A stretch of DNA of 61,470 bases, counting the filler, from Choristocarpus tenellus KU-1152 (Eukaryota > Protista > Phaeophyceae), in assembly GCA_964200185.2 (NCBI GenBank). It is 12 parts of 12 records of this genome, joined end to end, with 100 filler letters (N's around TTAATTAATTAA, not from the genome) between each part and the next. Parts side by side here need not be neighbours in the genome. Positions count along the whole stretch, not along the records: positions 30,900 to 37,199 come from CAXNAD020008443.1; positions 37,300 to 49,335 come from CAXNAD020002016.1; positions 49,436 to 52,130 come from CAXNAD020025585.1; 9 more parts are not named here. One strand, written 5' to 3'. The notes beneath the pieces are model-generated. The model made no database searches, was not told where the DNA came from, and worked only from the letters and a program-made list of their open reading frames with translations. Positions 37,178 through 49,579 of the stretch are shown piece after piece. Position 1 is the stretch's first letter. Each line of letters opens with the position of its first letter. Made by a program: the position numbers and the translations under genes.

Positions 37178-39639
37178 GGGTCAAAGTATCTGGGGGGGGN
37201 NNNNNNNNNNNNNNNNNNNNNNNNNNNNNNNNNNNNNNNNNNNTTAATTAATTAANNNNNNNNNNNNNNNNNNNNNNNNNNNNNNNNNNNNNNNNNNNNG
37301 ATTTGAGTTGTACATCCTGGAAGGTGAGCATTGAGGGGCGCCTGTAACACTTCTGCATTCTGTGCCATCCTTCTTATTTTGTCCCATACACTTTAGTTTA
37401 TTGATTATGTGCATATTAGTGTACGAAAAAATGGTATTCCCCCTTTCCACATACAAAATGACACCACAATATTCAGCAAAGTTTTTTCTGCAAAATTACA
37501 CGTTTATGCCCCTTCTTGGGATCTTTGATATGAATCCCTGCCTGCCTCTCAATATTGGTTTGAAAGAAAGTGCTAGTGTGCGTAATGAACATTTTAAGCG
37601 ACTGAGTGAGACTTGACTAGTTGCAGTGGGACCGTAGAGTTTTGAGCACAGGTAAGCCAAGTACTTTTGATCAAACTGGCCCCGCCTAGAAGATAGAACC
37701 AATCAGATCACCCCCCAAATATTTATAGCAAAAGTTATTGCCAAGGTTGATACAGCAAGCCATTAACGCATTTCATTTTGGTTTCGGCAAATAATAGGTT
37801 AGAAGATCTGTAGGGTAGTTTAGATATGGGGCCGGTTCAGATGGCACGACTAACAACAGTAGAAGTAAGCGAGTGGTACCTAAACTCGAATATTTTATGA
37901 TTTTGTGTCAAAAAAAGCTTCAAACAATAGAGAAACAAACGATCGCCAGCCAAACTCAGAACTACCTTTATAGAGATATGGATGGATTCCAAATATTGAA
38001 AAACAGACTTAAAATGCAACAAGGACCAAAACCTGCTTACCTCTCGTTTACTTTAACTCCAAGGGAAACCTAAAAAAAAACAAAATTTGCAGGACATTGT
38101 AGAGTGATTGTGTGGACATTCGAATCCTAACATTTGGATTTGGAGGGAATCACACGCAGATATTCTGAGGCTGGCAGAGAGGCGGGGGCAGGGAAGAGTA
38201 GGTTGGGGTATAGAATCACAGTGTGCAGTGTCACAAAGAAGGGGTGCAAGTATAGAAGGTAGTCCAGGACGTACTACAAGGTAGGGCATAGGTATCCTGG
38301 GACAGAATGGCAAAAAAGATACCAGGATGAAAGTTGGGACCAGTAGGTGGTGTTCAGGAACCCTCCAAGGTGAGAAAACTTCATGACCCCATAAGGCAGA
38401 ATGATAGTCGGGGGGCGTAAGGTGAGAATATGGTAGTACTTGCCAAACTGCCCATGCCCTTATAGTACAGTTAGTTCTAGCTCATATCATAGAGAATCTA
38501 AGAACTTAGAATATAGTTACTGATGTATGTAGAAAACATCACGGATAAGATGGAGTTGGGGGATGTATATATTTCTCTTTCGTTTGAAAGTTTTCCGACG
38601 TCAATTCGGAAAATACCGATGCACATTTGTAAAAAAGTATGCGAGAGAGCGAGCTGTGCCCTCTCATGGTAAGAACTATAGAATTTCGTACATATATGAA
38701 CTTGAGTATTTTGGCTTGACCCCACCCGTCGTGGGAGGTTAGAAGTGAAGGCAGGGGTAGAGTATATGCGTTTCTCTTCAGGAAATGAGGGCAACAGAGT
38801 TGGCACAGTATGGGGCTATATATCTACAATACAGTACTGCTTTTCCAAACACAGTCTTGACCTTCCAACTGCCCAAGAAATATCCCCATGTCTTCCACTC
38901 TATAGGAGTTTGGGAGCAGTGAGTAGAATTTCGCGCACACAGAAACTTGAAGCTTTTGACTTGATTCTAGTAGTGAAGGTAGGGCTAGAGTATGTTTGTA
39001 TCTATTCTGGGGGTGAGGGTAACAGAGTTGGTACAACAAGGGGCAGGATATCTACGATTTTGACACTACTTCCACAAACACTTTCTTGACCTTCCAACTA
39101 CCCACACAACACCTCTATTTCTTTGCCTGAGTCAAAAGGTATAGGATGAGACCATGCAAAGGTTGGAAATCAGCATCGGACTGGGAGACCAACGACTGGG
39201 AGCACAGAGGGGACGGTGCGAGGTGGCAGGTGATAATGAGGAGTCAGGTAGCATTTGTATCGAGGAGAACAAGAAGAGAACTAGGACTAGGAATCAGAGG
39301 AATACGACCTACGCTTGGGCAGGATGTTGGGAGCAACGAGGATAGTGAAAATGGGGGCACATGAATTAGTCATACCGAGGGAGGGGAGATGAAAGGCAGG
39401 AGCCCTAATGGTGTACTTAAGGGCTAATTAGAGGGACCAAGTATGGGTGTCATGAAGTTTATTTAGCAGAGGGCAGTAAGGATTGTAGGCAATTGGTGTA
39501 ATAAGATATAGTCCTAGGATCAAGAAAAGTAACGACAAAGAAGGGAGATCAAGCTTGGGTGGGATAGTTGTTTTCTACTTCAAAGAAAGGCACATGGGAG
39601 TGGATGAATGTGGAGTGGCGTGGATGGAGGTGGAGTGTT

Positions 39640-40195
39640 TTGGTAGGATTGGTGTGGGAGTAGATACGCTGAAGTTGGTCACATTGGATTTGTCGATGGG
39701 TATCATACACTGAAATTGGTCGCATTCGTTTGTGAGTGGATACCATACGTGGAAGTTGACCGCTTTGGTGTGTGAGTGGATACTACACACCGAAATTGGT
39801 CACATTGCTCTGTGTGAGTAGATAACATACTCGGAAATGGGGCGTGTTGGTTTGTGGGCGGATATCACACGTGTAAATTAGCCGTATTGGTGTATGAGTG
39901 GATACTATACGTAGAAATTAGCCACATCGATGTGCGAGCGGATACCATACACTGGATTGGTCAGATTGTAGCGTTTGAGAGGATACCATACGTGGAATTT
40001 GCCATGTTAGTTTGTGATTCGATCTAATACTCAAAATGTACCTTTATTACTGGTGTGTGGGTGAATACCATACACAGGAATTGCCCGGTTTGGTTTGGAT
40101 GTGACCGGGACCAAAGGTGGAAATTGATCGTATTGGTGTTTGAATGGACACCATACACAACAAGTTAGCTTCATTGGTTTGGAAACGGATCCAGA
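39640..40195. repeat. Degenerate ~40-bp tandem repeat (TGTGAGTGGATACCATACGTGGAAATTG...)
   Basis: The GGATAC(C/T)ATAC...AAATT core recurs every ~40-42 bp, about 13 units. Confidence 0.75.
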
Positions 40196-40606
40196 GAAAC
40201 AGGTTGGGAAGGAATGATGTCACCTTAAGAGTGAGTGATTTATCCATAATTCGTGAGGAGAACAAAACTCAAATTGAGGTCATCGCATTAATTAAGGAAG
40301 TAGAACCAAAAAATACGAGCAAATATTTTTCTTTAACCATAATGGAACTGTGTTTCCCAACTCATAAAGTCGTTCAGTTGAAATCCAACTGATCAGTGTG
40401 GAGTGGGCATCACGAAATGGTGCTTGAATGATTTGAACATTATACAAACTGACCGTATTCCCCAATTTACCTACACGTCGGAAGACAGGAGCCCTCATCA
40501 TATGTATCAGAGGTTTCCCTGTTAATTTTGGACGTGTAGTAGTCAAGCACTCGTTACCTCGAAGACCCTTTTTGGCGAGTGGGGTGGCACGGGCATAGCC
40601 CTCAAA

Positions 40607-42725
40607 ATGGGTAATGTTGGGGAGGCTATGAACAACAGCCGAGGTGACGCTGCAAATGTTTTGACGATGAAGGTAAACGTTGATGAGGTGGATGGGCAAC
40701 CCTCCGCATCTATTGTCACGAAATATTTCCTTATCATGCACCTGTTGTCATCGCCAACACAATTTCCTGAATTCTCTTAATAGGTCTTCTCGTATACTTC
40801 ATCTAATGGCCCCCTATCTCCCTTTCTGCGTACATGCCCATCTCTGACAGAGCATTTTGGGAGAGTACGAGTCCTTGAAGGAAGACTCTAAGCACGTTCC
40901 ATTGTCAGATATCGAGCTATACCGCACAATGGAAAAGAAAATAATCGAGAAGCTGACATTGGGACCTAGGTTCACAATTCTCGTTGTAGACGACAGTCGC
41001 ATGTCGTGCAAACTGGCGACTAGAGCTCTGGGGATGCCCAACTTCCTCACACAGGTAACTCCATTTGCCGAATGTACTTTACCATGTATTATGCTAGGGT
41101 TTGGAGTTCACCGCTGACTGATTTACGCCGCCAAGTGTGCCACCTCCAGGTACCCACCCATTGTTAAACTCCCTGTAATGAACAACCTCCATACCACCGC
41201 TATGTTTCTCCTTAGTGGCGCGTATTTGTTTTCCATATGCAAGATTTACTTGGAGCTCAACACTGACTGTGTGAGCACTTTTCCATGCCAGGTGGCGTTG
41301 AGTGGAGAGGCTGGACTGACAATTCTTGAAAGAAACCCAGAGAGTTACGACCTTGTCCTCCTCGATATTTTCATGCCCGGTCTCGATGGGATAGAGGTGA
41401 ACACTTGGATGGGCATGTCACATAGTGTGCTTCTTACCAATTGTACCCGTTAGCAACCCACATAGGTGTTCTAATTGCTGTTTGCTTTGTTCATGTACAA
41501 CAATGTGAAGTCTTTTTCAAGGTATGTTAGAAGTTTCGCTCTGACCATGAATTCTCCATTGCTCAGGTGCTTCGGAAGATGAGAAAGAGCCCAAAGCTAT
41601 CTAGGTTGCCTGTTGCTGTGGTATCTGGACTAGAGGACCAACATGTAGGTGAGATGGTGAAAATTTATGGATTTTTTGGTGAGTTGGCTAAGAAATCTAA
41701 ACAGTGTATGTACTTCATGACTGCAAAAGCTTGGCTTGAGTCTTTCTCTCACCGGCTTGGTCTTGTTGTGTTGGTATCCACAGCGTGGGACAACAGAGCT
41801 TAAATAGCGCCCTTCAAGACTTCTTGCCCTTTGTACCCTTTTGCTCTCAAAACCCCTGGGTAGTGTTCTGTGAGAAAACTTAATGTGAGCTCTCATGTTG
41901 TAGGTCATCAACCTCCCCCATCATCTATCTCCACTCCTTACCCTTCTCGCTTGGCCACTTTCTGTCGGGTCTATTGTCGCTGTCCTTTATTCCTCCTTTG
42001 TTCTTACACAGCTGCAAAGTGCAGGGAGGAAGGTGCAGTGGATGTACTAACTAAACCATTAAAGGCAGAAGAGGTGCTGAGGTTGTGCCAACAGCACTAT
42101 TGCACTGTGCAACCTGGCAAGAAAGGTTCACCAGAAATGATTCCAGCAGAACCTGAACCACCAGTGTATCTGTCATCACAACGCCTTCCACCATTTTTGG
42201 GCACTTTGGTGGAAGGGGGGAAAGGGGTGATGGGGACAGGAAGTGGAAAGTCACCAGCTGCCTTTCGGCATAGTGATTTATATGTGGGGCAGAAGGATAT
42301 TCCTGTGAGCAGAGAAATGAACACATCACCACAATGTCGGGGTATCAAACAAAAAAAATAAAGTTGTAGTGTTTTGAGTGTGGGTATGATATTAGTGAAT
42401 AGAACCCACTAAATGTGTCACCTCCTAATCCAGGTGCCATGGTGGTCATTCTATCATTCTGTCAGTAGATCCATGGCCATATTGCTTGAAGTGTGTGGTG
42501 TGGGCACTAAGCATCCAAGGTAGTGGATGTCTAGTGTCTACCTGCCATGCAATTGTTTTTACAAATTTCCAGTTCTTGCAAGTTGATCCCTTTTTTTGGA
42601 GTGTGTCAAAAGACTATTTTTGGAATGAATTCGCCTGGTCGTCAAGGGCTCTAGAGGAGCTGGACCATGCTTGTGGGGATGGAGACCGTGCTTACAACTA
42701 TTACGAAGCTGGGATGACAATTTAA
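40607..42725 (+). CDS. Stand-alone response-regulator receiver (REC) domain protein (exons 40607-40672, 40851-41054, 41292-41396, 41567-41648, 42012-42304, 42573-42725)
   Basis: ILVVDDS, phospho-Asp in DLVLLDIFMPGLDGIE, plus VAVVSG and VLTKPL. All splice phases are compatible. The start codon is inferred. Confidence 0.85.
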
Positions 42726-45700
42726 GAGTTTCCAAGTGGGAGGGTTGTAGAGGCCCTGAGGCACTTTGTGGTATCAAAATATCTTATTGATAGAGGTTAA
42801 AAGAGTGCCATTGATGTTAATATAACTCTACTGATTGTTGAGACAAATGGTTGTAAAATATGTTGGGGAGGAAATACAAGTGGTGATTAAGGTATTCAAA
42901 ATTTTGTGAGGTTAATGTGGAGACTTGTTTTTTTGTCATGTTTTTTGCTTGTTTTGTTGTTACTTGGTGTCACCTTGCTTCTCTGATTCATCAACCTTGA
43001 GTTATTACCAGGGATGTGCAACTGGTCACGGTTAAGTCTACCGTAGGAACATGTGACCAAATAATGTATATTTGCTGAGTATAATGATGGCTGCTGCGAT
43101 ACTTTTATTGACTGGGTCTTTAACTGTGAATATACTTCAGTGTCAGCCAATGGGTGGCAATCGCTGTTGCTATGATGGGAGGCATGCAACTCCATTCCTA
43201 GGGTTATATTCAGTGTGGATGCCTTGGCTTACATTAACTTCTGAAGGGGAAAGATTTTGTGTCAAATGGTACATGCTAGTGCGGAAACATTCAGTATCTA
43301 TTCCTCTTGTAACTATGTTGTGAAAATTTTGTAAGCTGAACTTGTTAGTCAAGTGAATGAGCATTGCATGGTTCTGTTCTGAGATGATTTTACGCTACCT
43401 ATGTCACCTCTTCTGTTCAACTTTTAGGTAACTCGTTGCACAATATCAACCGCTGCGACCTAAAATTCATGGCATTGGACATTGTTCAATCGCATTTAGC
43501 GTTGTGAACTGAGGTGATCAATTTGTAGATTTGTTTTAATTCAAGAAAAATTAAGACAGTAGACAAATGTTCTCAATTATTACACTATTTTCTCACACCT
43601 ATGTCCACTGTGCAATTCATTTAGGAGCTCCTCTGGTCCCTGGTGTTTCTTGATAGCCACCCCGCAACACCTGCCACTTCGTGTGCCTCACCCTGTGTAC
43701 TCTGTGTGTATGGATTGATTCAATCGGAAAATCAGAACCATTTTGAGTTGGTTTATGGTGTACTCTGGTACTATCACTACATAATAGCAATAAATTCGAG
43801 GGTATTTCATCAGGTCAGGTAGGTAGCATGGCTAGGATCTTGGCCATGGACGAGGCCTGGCCCGTATGAACATGTCATAGTAGGCATACACTGCCCCTAT
43901 ATTGACTGTTGGCTGCTATTGAATTATATTGATATATGGGCTCCAGCCTGGGTGAGACTCGACCATGTTCAAATAGTTCATGGTATAGGATAAAGTTAAC
44001 TGGGCCAGCCTGGTCAAGATGGGTCAGACTGACCCAGTCAAAATATGTTGTAGGTATTATACACTGCAAACACTTGGGTTATCATTATAGAATAATTGCC
44101 TTTACACAACTATGGCAGTATCCCACGGATGCCTTGCTGCTTGCGTCTGGGGTTTTAGCCGTCCCATTACTTGCTGCTCTGCCTCCTCTCTCAAATGTTG
44201 TTTGCAACACTTGCCTTGGCACTGCAATGGAGCCTTACACCTTGCTCTAATTTCCTCCATTTTTGTGGTATAGTGTCAGGCAAGATAGCATAGAGGCGCA
44301 CAATCTATCGTGCCTATAATGAGGGCTTTGGATAATTGAAACCAGATATGCATACATGCAACTTCTCAGGCCTGGTATGCCACCTCAGCATGGATAACTA
44401 AATGGGCACATGAACAGGCTGACGAAATACTCCTTTTGGGGTGGTAGAGCTGAGATATGTTTGGAGATGGGGGGTAGAGGAGAAAAGAAAGGACTCTGAA
44501 AAGACATTCTTCAATTTTCCTGATGGAAATAACTTGGTCAGAGTGGCACAAAACAGATGTCGCAACAAATCTCTGCCGCAGTTGGTATGATAATCCCAGT
44601 GAACATGAGCACTATACACAACTTTTTGCCTACTCTAGAGCACGGTATAGTAAAGTGGAAGCAAGGTTAAGGGAATCTGCGACTTTTGAAGTCTACTGGT
44701 GATGAACTGACATCACGAGTTCAAAGCATTGTGATCTGACGATCTGTTTACGTGTCAGAAGATGTCAAACTTATTGATGTTCAGTTATCATGCGCATGAG
44801 TTAGGGTATCGACAATGATATAAAATTGAGAGAGACAAGTGATCCAAGAGGTTTCTAGGGCAGAGGTTTGGCGTTTCCATAGTAGTGTGGCAGGTTAGTC
44901 ACTACTTGGAAGAATAAGGTATAGTTGAAACAGCGATACATCTATCTATGAGTATCACCCCCCTCACCTCTATTTAATCTAGAGACCTGCAGCTTGATAC
45001 TCACACACACAAGTCAACAGAATCCTTCGATGTATACATTTGCTGTTGGGCAGGCATTTGAAACTTGAGGTGTTTAAACATGAAGACGAAAAACTGGATG
45101 TTTTGTTGCTCTTATCATCGTGAAAGGCTTTTTGGAGGCGAAGGGTTAAGGTTACGGTCATGGTTGTATAGTGTTCTTGGGATCCATCAACTAAACCGAA
45201 ACCTTATTTAAAATTAAATATGTTATGAATCGAAAGAAATCATGACTAAGCTAAGTTGGCTCCAAAAAACTCGATGCAATCGATTACAATTGGCCCCCCC
45301 CAACGACCCTCACACAAAACGCCCTGGGAGTAGTGAGGTACTCTGAAAGAGGTGAACTTTTTTTTTTGTACTCTTCATTTGTGTACTCCTTCCCCACCAC
45401 TATATATATAGTGGGTACACTTTGGTGTGATGTTTGAGATGCTGTTACATGATGCTTAAATAAGAATGAGATATTTTCAAGAGTTATCAGGAAGACACCA
45501 TGGAATGAGATATTTTATATTTAGTATTTGCTACATCCTTTGTGTGCATGAAGCAATGTATGTGTGGTGTGTAGCCAGACACACCTGTTGCGATCTTCAT
45601 GTGATACCCTTTTTTTTGCCTTTCTTGGCAGCCTACCTACCATGCGTCCCCCTTCTTCACCCAGGTGTTGCAAAGGAAGGCAAGGAACTGCATGATACCT

Positions 45701-48700
45701 GAGTCCAGCCTGTTCCGTTTTGAGGTCTCAGTAGTCCCAGTTTCTCGTAACATGTCCTCTAAATCTGCTTGTTGTGTAGCAGGAATGGCCAAAATACGCC
45801 AGGGAACTTTGAACAGGAGCGAAAATTTTCAGGTCATTTCCCTCCACCGTTTTGATTGAGCTGGTTGTTGTAAGTTTAACAGTAGTCAATACCAAATACT
45901 GGGGACCCTTCTGTAACCTTCAAGGCTTCAACCTCTGCACGTGCTGCTTCCTCCATGATCTCCCTGATCGTTTCTTTCATCCAGTATCTAACCACCACCA
46001 CAAGCTGAAATCCCTACACACATTGCAGGAAAAGCTCTTACGAACCCCTTACCTGTTTCATGGGAAGGTTTCCCCACCTCAACATGGTCAGTGAACCAAC
46101 GAGAGGTACTCAGGTTTTGACCGTTTTGCATTTAAGCCATTTTTTCAATCTATTGCAATTCATCCATAAAATTTCTATGCATGAAGTACTAAATTTGAAT
46201 TGAAAGGATTGATTGACTTTATTGTTTGAAATTTTTTGACAGAAGAAGAGAGTGAAAGTAACCGAGCGTTCTTTTGATGTTGACAAATATGTGTGTTTTT
46301 TTCAAATGCCTATACGATTTTCCGAATTGGTTCGAAAACTTTCAAAAACGGAGAAATCAACCCTCAAGTCAAACTTACCACTTTATCCATAGAAATATGC
46401 GTGAATTGTGTAAGATTGAAAACATACTAATAATACACAATCAAAAACTGGATACGTCTCGTGTACTTTGGTTCAGAATTCAGAAAAGTTCCTAATAGTT
46501 ATTTGTAAGAAAAGTCGAATTTTGGACATATGTTTTAGTATAATACAACTCTGAGTATCTCTCGTTTCCTTTGCCTCCATCCACTAGAACCATGTCGTTA
46601 AGTTAAGTCAGAATCGTTAAGTTAAGTCAGAATCGTCCTTCACACAATAGAATTCCATCCTGTATATTTTCCTTGAGTAATATACATCTGACTTAGGTAA
46701 CATAGGCGAGTAGTTGGTACATCAAGACAAGAACCTATTATGTGATGTATGACATATTTTGTGTGGTGCTAAATTTTTCGAATATCTTTGAAATATTGAT
46801 TGATGCAAAGACTAATCGCGATAATGTGGAGATTTTTATACCTTACTTACTAGATCGTTTAAAAAGAGTGAGATTGACAAAAATTGTCCAAGAACTCTGT
46901 ATTGTCCGAAATTGTTGTGGGCAAGAACAATTTACTTTAATCATCTACAGATTCCGTACATGTGTTATGTATAGACTATTACAATCATTTAAAAAAAGTA
47001 TTTTCAGGAAGTGGTTATGTACATTTCTATGTTCCATGGGTCAAACAGGGACAGACGCGAACCAATATCGAACTTATTGTTGAAAAGGATATGGTATGGG
47101 GTTTGTAGTCGCCTCTAGGGCAGAATTTATCCCGTTCTAACTTTTGATCGGAGAGGAGTTTTTCGTTGAAAAGAAGCTTGACGTGACCCTTAATCACTCC
47201 TAACATCTTAGATACTTTGGAGTTGGTTATGAGGCGATGGGCGAGAGGGCGATTTTCCACACTAAGATCAAGTTACTTAGACATCCGTTCGTCCGTCGTC
47301 CAGTCTATGGGTTGGAGGGTTGCTTCTTGTTTCTCCTCTGCCAAGACGAGTTTTTTCGCGCGAGAAGAAGAGTCGTGATCCTCCATGTCTCGTCTGTCTG
47401 TGTGCAACCTAAACTCTTCCTTGTTATTGTAGCTCCACTGTGTTGCCTATAAGCTCATTAGAGAGCAGCCAGCTAGCCAGCCCTCGTCATTGAGCTCGAC
47501 AAGAATACACGCTCTCCGTAGCGGTCGCGACCCCTCTTTGATTTCTTGTTCCGCAGAGATTGACTGGTCCACTCGATCAAGCTCGAGTCCCCCTCTCGAC
47601 ACACAGCAATCACCAGCGCGTACACTCTGCCCAACCTCGGCCTTCGACTTCTGTGAAACTTGAAGCCCGGAGGTAGCGACCCTATCACGACATCCAGCAT
47701 GTCCTTCGACAAAGGGGCTTCCGCGCAACCATTGTGCCGAGTTCTGCGTGGACGATCTACGTTGTAGTGAGCTGCGTGCGAAGGTTAAGCTCCGAAAGCC
47801 TCGCACAGTATATTGTTAACAGCCACCTTTATGATAGCATCACTGGTCTTGATGAATTTTGAGGTGATGCAAGGCGACCTGATAGGTGACCAGGATATCA
47901 AATTGAAGCTGAGATAATAAACAATCGATTGGCGCAAAGCAATCCGGTCGATCGAATCGATTACGGGGACAAATACCTGGTTGGATCGCTTACCTGACTT
48001 CCTATACGAGGAAGATATAGATATAGTAAGACAAGGTCCATGTGACGCCCTCAAAGAGAAATGTGAAGATTGAGATGACTGCTCTTGAAGAGCACACAAC
48101 TATTGAGGTGATGACCCACAGATTATGCTGGGGAGCACCCCATCCTTTGATTTTGTGGATAGTTGAGATAGCTCTTAAGTTCATGCTCTATGTATACAAC
48201 TGTAAATCCTACACCAGGTTGTCTTAGTGGGACTGAGTTGATAAGAATACCCTGTTCAAAGAAGTCTTTTACTTTTTGGTTGGAAAAAGGCAAAACTAAA
48301 TACATTGAAGTTGGAAGGTCCCTGCAAAAGGTGAATGGATATCGCATCTTAGAAGAATCTATGTAGACTTTTGAGTGTCAGAAGTGACTTGTTCAACCAT
48401 TGCAGATTCTCGACGACAACATCACCTTGAAGCACACTGCAGTTGCTGACATTTCCACAAGTGCCACTTTAGAATGCCAAGGATGCGTTGCCGAGCAAGT
48501 TCGGAGATTGTAGTGCATGTATTGTTACAGACATTCAAATATTAATTCTAATTTAGAGAGATGCTCAGAAATTAAGCATTTCGAAATGTCTGCTTGTGGA
48601 AAAGGAGCTAGGACTAAATACTCTCTCTATTAACTATGTTGTCATTACATATGTCCCATGAGTAAGCAGGCCTCTCCACTGATGTTTTACTTCAATATCA

Positions 48701-48809
48701 TACCCTCATACCGCTGTCTCCAAGGCATTAAGTCTCCCTGACAAAGCCCCCATTATTGGGTAACTTGCCCCAGGTTGCCTCACCAATGTCCTGCTCTGCT
48801 CCACTAAAA

Positions 48810-49071
48810 GAGTGAAAGTATCATAGAGGGTACGAGTTTTGCCCTGTTTGTCTCTTTGGGGCTTAGGTTCCCACGGGTTTTTTTATGACACTTTCCTACT
48901 TCGAAATGGTTCAGAGGGGGTAAAATGTATACATTATGAAAACGTGTGTCTGGAACAAGGATATTGACACTTGCTAACAAACACCATAATAACCAAAATT
49001 ACATCAAAATCGCAACATTGGATTTGCGCCATCAAATGGACGCGGCTCTACCCTCGAAGATACTTTGACTC
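48810..49071. mobile_element. MITE B copy
   Basis: Full TIRs. A further partial copy is at 49436-49575. Confidence 0.9.
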
Positions 49072-49159
49072 AACATGCACACCTTCTCGACAACCCCCTC
49101 GCCAGCCCCACTACTGTCACAGGCGATATGTCTTGATGGCGGTTTCATAAACACCATTA

Positions 49160-49335
49160 GATCCAAAGTATCTGGGAGGGGGTGGCGGTTGTCCATTTGG
49201 TGCCAATTTTTTCATGTAGCGATTTTTTGGGTGGTTGGGTTGCATACATTGGATGGATACTGTAAGTGCACTTTTCCTAGTTATGGTCCAAATGGACACG
49301 CTGGTGTTGACCTCCCCTCCCCCCCAGATACTTTG
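49160..49335. mobile_element. MITE A copy
   Basis: CAAAGTATCTGGG...CCCAGATACTTTG. Confidence 0.9.
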
Positions 49336-49579
49336 NNNNNNNNNNNNNNNNNNNNNNNNNNNNNNNNNNNNNNNNNNNNTTAATTAATTAANNNNNNNNN
49401 NNNNNNNNNNNNNNNNNNNNNNNNNNNNNNNNNNNATATCTTAGAGGGTATAGCCGCGTCCATTTGGGGCCAAATCCAATGTTGCGATTTTGATGTAATT
49501 TTGGCTATCGTGTTTGTTAGGAAGTGTCAACATCCTTGTTCCAGACACACCTTTTCACAACATACAATTTTACGTACTG

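Noticed and set aside
45397-45414. 18-bp palindrome CCACTATATATATAGTGG
   Set aside because: It is mostly a (TA)n run, inside a decayed dispersed repeat that also resembles ~700-1000.
46700-48550. Possible decayed coding sequence or TE on either strand
   Set aside because: Composition is coding-like, but there are many stops and no motif I can assign.
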